The notes beneath the pieces are model-generated. The model searched no databases, was not told the origin of the DNA, and saw only the letters and a program-made list of their open reading frames with translations. A stretch of 45,551 nt of DNA, the filler included, from Jimgerdemannia flammicorona (Eukaryota): NCBI GenBank assembly GCA_003990765.1. It is 2 parts of 2 records of this genome, joined end to end, with 100 filler letters (N's around TTAATTAATTAA, not from the genome) between each part and the next. Parts side by side here need not be neighbours in the genome. Positions count along the whole stretch, not along the records: positions 22,827 to 45,551 come from RBNJ01001215.1; 1 more part is not named here. One strand, given 5' to 3'. The position numbers and the translations under genes are program-made. This document shows, in pieces, positions 37,146 through 45,551 of the stretch (position 1 is the first letter of the stretch; each line of letters begins with the position of its first letter).

Positions 37146-37171
37146 GACTCGTTTGGAGCACTACCACTGAG

Positions 37172-37595
37172 CATATACACTCCAATCTCTGCAAGAATTC
37201 CACTCTTCTGTAGGCCCTTCACCCAATTCATATACTCACCCTATACCACAGAGCAGTAACAGGAGCTCACCATGACTGGCTCCCAACCTGTGTGTATCTA
37301 CTCTCTCCAGACCAATCTATCCCCCCAGCTCTGCATATCCCTTATCTCCCCTCTGCCCTTCCACACCAGAATCCCAACCTTGCCCTTCCAGACTGCCTCA
37401 CCTTTCCACTCCTTCGTCCATTTCAGTCTATCCAAATCATCCTCACACCTGACATTCTGCAAGAGGAAGAGATCGGCCTCCAATCCCTTCAGCCAAGTAA
37501 AAATATTCTTACATCAATAAGCACCCAATAACCCATTCACATTCAAAGAAAAAATGTTGGTTGTACTATTTATTGTGAAGAATGGTATATTATCA
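37172..37595 (-). pseudogene. LINE ORF2, 5' part (AP endonuclease N-terminus)
   Basis: NIFSLNVNG, ADLFLLQNV, KGKVGILV; continues into GDFN on the other side of the hAT. Confidence 0.85.
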
Positions 37596-37599
37596 AGCT

Positions 37600-39629
37600 T
37601 TCTCTACTGCTCCATGTTCATCTCCTCCTGTGCCAAGTCTAGATTATGTTCTGTGGTCACTGCCTCCTCTTCAGCCCTCTGAGCCTCTAGTCCAGCCAAC
37701 AGCTCATTCATCTCCCCATCTGTCTTCTCCTCGAATTCCTCTCAGTACTCCAGGCAGGCTTCCTGCCAGAGCTGCAATCCATGATGCTTTGTCCAGTAGT
37801 ATTCAGCCCTCTCTCCTGCAACTCCGACCATCTCTGCCTCCTGCTCCTTATCTACCTCATAGCCTTCCTCCTCCAGATATACCATAAGAATTTCTGCCTT
37901 CAATGCCATCACTACCCCCTCCCCCTGTAGAATTCTTGCCCAATGCTCATCACTCATTACCCTCAAATCCACCTCTCTCAGCTCCTCAGCCACCAGGTTG
38001 TTCATCATCCTGCATATCCAAAGTAGGTTCCCCACCTCCTTTCCTCCAGGGCTCACCAGCCTCTCACCATCCAGCATTGTGGTGTCAGCCCCAGCACTCG
38101 CAGACTCATCTCACTCCTCTGGGATATCCACCAGTTCCTCCTCACTGACTGCCACCACTTGTCCCCCTTTTTCTGCCTCCGGAACTCCAAATTGCACTTG
38201 CTGGGCCCCCCACATTGGCACATCCTCCACCACCCTGCTTCGGGAAGCTGGGCCCTACCTGATAAGGGGAGTAGGGGTAGGGGAGTCCTCCCATGTCTCA
38301 TCCCAAACCTCCAGCATACCATCTGCATACGGGTCCTTACCAGTCACCTCCCTGTTCTCACCAGTCCCCTTCCCAGCACTCCCACTTCTCTTGCCTGCCC
38401 AGACACTCGCTTTGGCCCCCCCCATGTCCACCATCCTGCCTGTATCCTTCTGAGGCCCACTCTTCATCTTCACCAGCAGTTTCCTCTATCTCTTACATCC
38501 CTGATCTCATTCCCACTGCTCCTTGCTCACTTGAATCCACTTCCCATCTACTACCTCCAAGTGTATCACCTCCTCAAAGGCCTTCCAAGCCTTCACCCAC
38601 TGCTCTACTGCACCACTCAACTCTTCCAGCACTTCCAATAGGTCCTCTTCCTCCTCCTCACTCTCCTTCACCCTTGTCACCTTACACATGATTGCCCCCC
38701 AGACCATACCGGAAGGCCAGTCCCTTGCCTTCCTGGTGGCCTCCTTCCCTGCCAGCCAAATCCTCACATCCACATCCCCAGTCCTGAGCAAGGTCCCCTT
38801 CCAGACTCTAAATCCAATATCCACCACCTCTCCATACTCTGCCATGACCTCCTCAACTCTCCTTCTTATCTCCACCACTGTCACTGTAGGCACCCCTTTC
38901 ACCAGCAGTTGGACCACTCTGGGATCTCATTTCAGGCATCATACCATTGGAACACACACCTCCCCAACTATCAATCTAACCTTCAATACTTCCTCCAAAG
39001 GCTCAGCCTCCTCAAAGCCCACCTCCACTCCCTCCAGTCTCTTCAAAAACTTTACGGACACTGCTCCAGCCACCTGCTTAGCAATCAGCCCCAGTACCAT
39101 TTTCGCCATCACTGCTAGGCCCTGGAAGCACAGTGTCACCACAAATGCCAAGATTGATTTCTTGAGTAACGGCGCCACTGCCAGGCCCATCACACCATCT
39201 GCCAAATCTCCCTGTCTCCCAAACCCCAGTTACTCAGCCATACCATATACAGTCACATCTGGATTTTTTTTCCAGATTAGCAGTTTTGTCTCCATCAGCC
39301 ATCACACTCCCCCCAGCCACTACACCTCCAGCCCCACTGCCCCCTCTACCAAGGGCTACTCCCCCCTGTACTGTTGTCTTCTCTGTTTCCTTGCCTTTCC
39401 TCAACCAACCCTCTAGCCCTGACACCTGTCTTCTCTCCTTCACCATCTCAGCAAAGCTTGCCCTCCCAGATCCCTGTCCTCCACTACCACCTCCTTCCCT
39501 TCTGCATCCACCTACCAGCAGCCCCCTCATACCTCCCCCCAGATCAGGGCCTCTCTCCATGTACTGCCAGTCAAATGTGCTTGGGCTACCCTGCCCAGTA
39601 CACACCTCAGATTGCCTGTCAGTCACCAT
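37600..39629 (-). pseudogene. LINE ORF1 (gag-like nucleic-acid-binding protein)
   Basis: Upstream of ORF2 on the same strand; SFAEMVK and VKGVP...YGEVVDI...RTGD segments resemble L1/Tx1 ORF1; broken by stops. Limits approximate. Confidence 0.7.
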
Positions 39630-40986
39630 ATTGCTAGTCTCTTTACTCTAAAAATGATGTTATAGTTGCTTTCCAAAAGTTGTATAACCCAAGAGGTACC
39701 AAAGAGAGATGATTGGCTCTCTATCCTTGACTTTAACTGATAACTAATATATTATTATCATCATAAACCTTTTTACAAAATAGATAGGAGCAGGATCTCT
39801 CAAGAAAATCAATATATAGTCAATTACCAATTTCTTCTATAAAGAAATTATCTGCTAATTCAAGATCTCAATACTAGTAACTACAGACAGAGAAATAGAA
39901 TTCATTTGAGATTCTCTATAAGAAGTATAAGATTCAGTATATTTGGACTATAATTATTTCTCTTAGAGAAATAGATAAGCAGAAAAGACAAATAAAACTC
40001 TCAAAAATATTATTATTAAGATCTATAATAATAATAAAAACTAGGATCACTATCTGCTAATAGTATTATCTACTTCCTAAGATATTTGATCATAAAGTAT
40101 GTATTTTACTTTATAAGAAATATTATTTGGAAAAGAAAGTTCTCAAGAAACTCTATTATCTAATAGATATACTATATAGAAGTATATAGATATAGAGATA
40201 TAGAGACTATACCAAATCAGAAAGAAAGTCAAAAATTATATAACTAAGGTATAGGCTCTATAATGGAATAATATGGAGAAGATTTATAAGTTCTTAGAGA
40301 TTATTAAGATAGAAGATAAAGTTCTAGAATATCAGAATATAATAGAAGTCTCATGATCATGAAAACTGAAGTCTAAGTAGAAAGGACCTTATATTGTATA
40401 AGATATAAAAAGAACTACCTTTTGGCTATAAAAACTCTCAGACTTAATTATCTCTATCACCTTTTATTGAAACCAGTTTAAGAAGTATTATGACTAGCTA
40501 ATGAAATAATACCACAGCTCTCAATATCACCAATGCTACACAATAAGTTATAGTGAGATAGCGGTATTCTACTAAGTCACTAATTATAGAGGAATTCTTT
40601 TACAGTATCCAAAGTATAATGCTGATATACTTATAACAAATTTTAATTTCAAGATCTACTAAAACTGGACCAAGTTTTAGAAATACTTCAAGTTGAGATA
40701 GCTATTAAATATAAAGTCAGAAATGAAAAAAGAAAATTAGATTAGAGAGTATCAGCTCTCTTACACTCAGATTATCATTATTAATAGAATATTTAAGTTA
40801 TTTAAAGAGAATAATCCAGCCCTAGCTCATCTCCAAAAAGTAGCTCTAGGAGACTTTGGATATATCAGAAGACAATATTGAGAGAATATAATAATATAAA
40901 TCAAACAGTATAAGAAGATTCAACTGATTAAGTCTTGAGAATTTAAATAGAATATTTTAGAGATAAATCATCTATTTAAGAGAAAT

Positions 40987-41513
40987 TATAACAGTTGATC
41001 TAAATTAGTAATATGAATCAGAAGAATAGATATTTGATCTTAATATCTAAATCTGATTTTTAAATATAGTATATATAGCCTTATAAATAGTAGTCATTTT
41101 ATAACTATAAAACTTTAACAATTATTAAAGATTTAACAGATGTTAAAATCCTTATAATCATTGAAATCTTAGCAGATATTAAAAGATTCAATACTTGTAA
41201 AAAGTGACTTATAACTTAGTCATCCTATAGCTAGCAAACTTATATAAATATCTCTAATATCTAGCATAATTAAACCTCAGATCAAAATAGTTCAAAGTAA
41301 AGAAAAAGTAAGAGAACTAATAAGCCTGCAGATAGATATACTTTGAACTAACATATCCCTATATCTGGAGAACTCTATAAGAGTTAGAATAAGATTAAGC
41401 TTTCAAGATACAGAAATCTGCTATACTTTTAAGATTAGAAATTCACTATGTTATAATATTTAAAAGTATATTATTTATATTATTAATAAAGAGTCTCTCT
41501 TATATATTGTAAT
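40987..41513 (+). mobile_element. Decayed 3' LTR of the Gypsy element
   Basis: Starts TATAACAG (from TGTGACGG) after a purine tract; homologous to 22447-22600 and to the LTR at 1-261. 3' end approximate. Confidence 0.65.
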
Positions 41514-43099
41514 AGTGACCTCAGAATGATGACATCAGCACAAGAGATAGCAATTCCCTACAAGCCACCAGATCAGAGCACAAGAAGATCATATAGCATA
41601 ACTCACCCAGGTTATAAGATAAGTAATGATGACCAACTGTGAGTCATTGCAACTACAGTATAGGCATCTTGAGGAATATAAAAGAAGGATCAAGGAACTG
41701 CAGTAGCAGCAACTCAACAAGACCCACTAATCTCAAAATAGCTCAAAGACTTACTATAAACAAAATGCCTACTATATACCAAACCTTAAGGTTAAGAAAC
41801 TACCAAGGTATTTCAATTGAAGAAAGAATGTTTCAAGATATCAGAAGAGCCATAAGGACCTATACAAGAAGGACTCCTAGTCTCAACCTAAGTACTAGAG
41901 ATCCTTATCACTTTATTCTCTACTACTATAAAATAGAAATAAGGATCACCATTGCTACTAAATATCTCCAAATATGGCAGGAGTATGAAATAGGAAACCT
42001 TCTCTGCCAGGAGTTCCCACAGGCCAGCCCTCAAGAGTTACAAGATGCCACTCTCATAGATATATATATATGAAACAAGGACAGCTAAGAAGATTCATCA
42101 GATCTTCAGACATACACTATGATTAATCCCCAACTTAGAGTATATTAGAGTCTCAGACTTCAGAGATCTGTCAGTCTACTGTATCAATGTACTAGAAGTC
42201 AGGGTGGCTACAGAAGCCCAGTCCACTATCACTCTCAATAAGGATAAAGTAGAAGACTTCTGGTATTCCATCCTCTAGGACAACTCAGATCAATTTCTGC
42301 AAGGATTGATCTCAGTATTCTAAGACTCAAGTATTCAGGTTAGAACTCCCCAAGACCCCACATTTGTTCCTTATTTTGTAGAAGAGAACCTTATAGACTG
42401 GAGAGCTCCAGACCTCCTTATTCCTGCTGCTGCCAAATGTGATGACATCATCAGTAATGGCATCATCCTGTATAATATATGCGAAGTACATGAAATGCAT
42501 GACCTATATGATGAGACAAATGAAATATTTACAGACCTCATCTCCTTCAGTGATGACAAGGATAAAGCTCTCATGGTCCTGAACTTTCTGCTCTAAGTTT
42601 TTGGTGATACTGAATTCTGCCAGTATTCTTTTCCCATATAACAGCTATTCCTCTACTGGCATTCTGACCTTATACATATGACCTAGAATTATTCCAGCAC
42701 CCTTTTCCTGTATCACTGAAATTATACCAAGCATCCTGAATCTATGCAACTATCTATACCAATACTGAAACTTGGCAGTTTTCTATATTCCAGCATTTTA
42801 TTTGGTTATTGGAATTTATATTTAGCTTTATATCTTAGCAACTATTGAATTATATTTTGTATAAATACCCCTCTTATTTTCTTTGAAATAAAGTCAGTCT
42901 ACTCAGTTTACTTAATGCAATATACACAATTCCTTACAAGCAATCTAAAGAGATAACAAGACAGTTTAAAGATAAGAAGTTTGAGGACTATAAGATCTTA
43001 GAAAGATACTCCAATAAGAACTTACTTATAACAAACTTGAGTTAGTCTAAGAGATACACCTTGAAGAGAATCTGATATATTTGAAGAACTCAGCAACTA

Positions 43100-44240
43100 C
43101 TATGTGATAATATATTTATTCTAAATAATAATAAAACAGTCTAGTATTAATAATATTAATTAGGCTAAAAACTTTTTTATAATTAAATATATTATTTATA
43201 TAAATAATAAAAATAAATATATCTTATAATAAATATATATATCTCAATAATAATAATATTTTTTATAATTATAAAAAAAAAATTGTATAGTATAATATAG
43301 TAGTAATCTGAAAAGAATAGCAGATTATTATATTAGATTTTAGTCTTTTTGACTTTTAGAGTCCTTAGTCAGATATAGATAATTTTGAAGATATATATAT
43401 ATCTGTAGACTTTTTAGTACTCTACTTTTAAACTATTTTGATCTGAAGTTTATTTATTCTAAATACTAAAGTTATTTATACAGATTTGCTAACTATATAG
43501 TAGCTAAGTTATAACTCCTTTTTTTATTAATTATATAAATTGTAAATTTTTCTTATATCTGTAAGATTGAGTAACTACTAACTATAATACTATACTATAT
43601 TTAAACATCAGATTCAGATATAGTAATTAAATAATTATAAATAGAAATATAATTATTATAATAAGTAAAGTATTATTTTAAAAATTAATATAAATAAATA
43701 TATATTAGCTAAAATATATAAATATTATAATTTTTATAAATATATTTATCTATAATATAGACTAAGAGATATTATATATTTTACAAAAATAATATATTAA
43801 AAATATATATACTTTATCTTTATTTTAAATATACTTACTATTTTTATTATAAATAAATTAATATAATTTATAAAGTTGTAAATAAAATCTATGTTTGTAA
43901 ATAATCTCCTTTTTACTCTTTTGAAGATTAAAAAACTGAGCCTTGTAATAAATATAATTTATTAAGCTGAAAAATATATAATAATTTTTGAGTATTTTAT
44001 ATATATTATTTATTATTATATATAGTATTAATTACCAGTCTTATTTATAGATTTAAAAATATAAAGAGGATCTTTATAAGAGCCTTATAGTTCTCTATAA
44101 TATTGTAGTCCATAATCTTGAATTGGAACTTCCAGTAGCCCTTCAGAATGTATATATTCTTTCAGAATTATATATATATATTATCTATATAGTATTTATC
44201 ATGAAACTTTTCTATCATTAGCTTTGAATAGTATATGCTT
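43100..44240. other. Extremely AT-rich, fully decayed repeat-derived DNA
   Basis: Very few C/G, abundant TpA, no ORFs; abrupt return to CpG-containing sequence near 44250. Confidence 0.6.
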
Positions 44241-45551
44241 ATAATGACAGTGCTTGTAGCAACAGTGCAGGGCTCATAACATATTGTATATTTTGATGGC
44301 GTTTTACATAAGCCACAAACAATGATGTATGATATATACTGTGTGGTAAAATATCCGACTTTATAGTCGATAGGTCCGAAGACTCCTGTGACAGAAGATG
44401 CTTCATGCGTGTTTTCTTTTCTCGCATTTCTTTTTCCTGCTGCTCACGCAGTAGATACGTGCCTAGCACCATTATCAACTTCCAGTGATGTATCCTTCCG
44501 GTGCGTATTTCATTCATGCTTAGTGCTACCAGTACTTTCCCGCTGCGTATTCCTATATAATTCAAAAGGGCGCCCACAGTCCTGCGGCGAATATTCCGCA
44601 GAAGAGGCGTTGGCTGTTGTACTTTCAACTCCACATCCTCGCGCTCACACATACACCTGTGTTGACGTCGAACCACACACCGATCTAACCGTACAAGTCT
44701 GCCGCCTACCGCCCGATTGCAAGTAATTCGAACAAGCCCACCGCACCGCCGAGTACTCGCAACCGAGATAAATTTAAGATTCACACCTAACCGAGTTCAA
44801 ATCCGTATACGACAAATCGAACATGCGTCCAAACAAGTTCCGCGTCAGAACAATTCACCGCACACAAGTAATCATAGCCCTGCATACAGATTATCGCACA
44901 AATAACGTCCGTGGCATATTGAGCTATACAAATAGTACGCTACAGTATATAACACGCAACATATTGGCGCGACTGCCATGCATACATTGGCGAAAAAGAG
45001 CTACGGTATCAAACGCGTTAGGTGTCCGGTTGCTGCGTCTATTGCGAGCACGAGGAAGAGCTCCATAACGGAATACGGCGTCCCAGAATATACGAGTGTG
45101 CCAATACACGATCGAAACTGGAGGCGAAAGAAATCGATTCGTTCTACGGCCAGAGCAGGGATGAGTGTTCAGAACAAAGTAGGAATATAATTCCGACCGA
45201 CACGTATTATAGAAATAGGGCTGCAACCACTCCTTAATTGTAATGCATGCATGTAAAAATCGTACTATTTCGTTGGCCGTAATCTTTGCAAACGAACATG
45301 TATGATTACCTTCTAAATGGTAATTCATGTGTATCTAATATCAGTAAAAATGGAAGTGTACCCCGTCTATAAATAAACTAAAATGGATGTCGCGACTCTG
45401 GTTTTCCTCCGCTTTCGTTGCAGTTCCGCTGTTATGGCAATCGTTTAAAGATAACATTTATTCACAGTTCACAAATGCAAATTGTATAGTATTAAATAAC
45501 AACGGCGTAAGTATTTTTTTTTCTTTTTTTTTTTTTTTTTTAACATTTTCT

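Larger units (their letters stand above)
30866..37163 (-). mobile_element. hAT-superfamily DNA transposon (6298 bp) with transposase and a cargo gene
   Basis: Perfect 8-bp TSD CCACTGAG (30858-30865 and 37164-37171); TIRs TAGTGCTCCGAATGA / TAGTGCTCCAAACGA (reverse complement); subterminal GATTCGGATT-like repeats at both ends. Removing it rejoins the LINE endonuclease at the GDFN motif. Confidence 0.95.
27504..39708 (-). mobile_element. Full-length L1/Tx1-like non-LTR retrotransposon (LINE), degenerate
   Basis: Poly(A) tail (T run 27502-27558); ~20-bp TSD ATAATTAGCTCTCTATCCTT (27484-27503) / ATGATTGGCTCTCTATCCTT (39709-39728); ORF1 followed by APE-RT ORF2. Confidence 0.9.
24230..41513 (+). mobile_element. 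Decayed Ty3/Gypsy element (PR-dUTPase-RT-RNaseH-IN, 3' LTR), split by a MITE and a LINE
   Basis: RT motifs in ORF 25892-26206 (SNSWALSVILVSKK, RLCINYKKLN, YYSTLDLYSEFYQI); VYIND at ~26293; RNase H relic ~26700-27060; integrase zinc-finger relic ~27385; core resumes at 39709 (VTTDREIEF, TNKTL); KGPY at ~40381. Confidence 0.85.

Noticed and set aside
37582..39651. Many Pro/Ser-rich plus-strand ORFs
   Set aside because: Antisense to the purine-rich LINE ORF1; compositional artefacts.
44239..45328. ORFs in CpG-containing sequence, with a hydrophobic minus-strand stretch (LIPALAVER) suggestive of a membrane receptor
   Set aside because: No continuous frame or convincing exon chain; possibly a gene relic but not supportable.

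Overview
Eukaryotic DNA, most likely fungal (GT-AG introns, TATA boxes, heavily C->T-decayed transposons); the lineage is an inference. An artificial linker (44 N + TTAATTAATTAA + 44 N, 22727-22826) splits the window, so adjacency across it is unproven. Left (1-22726): a cluster of ten copies (six essentially intact, four broken) of an intronless 161-175 aa gene family I do not recognise, most starting with an MGxxxS myristoylation-type N-terminus. The cluster is built from ~6 kb direct and inverted segmental duplications and bracketed by two near-identical, outward-reading LTR ends. Right (22827-44240): nested transposons. A decayed Copia fragment abuts a decayed dUTPase-bearing Ty3/Gypsy element, which carries a fold-back hAT-type MITE and a full-length L1/Tx1-like LINE in its integrase. 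The LINE endonuclease is in turn interrupted by a 6.3 kb hAT DNA transposon with TIRs and an 8-bp TSD. Main finding: besides its transposase, the hAT carries a convergent five-exon cargo gene (~496 codons) whose C-terminal part has TET/JBP-like 2OG-Fe(II) dioxygenase hallmarks (HxD...HGT). In this copy both genes are disabled by C->T changes, mostly at CpG. All family assignments come from motif reading by eye, not from database searches.
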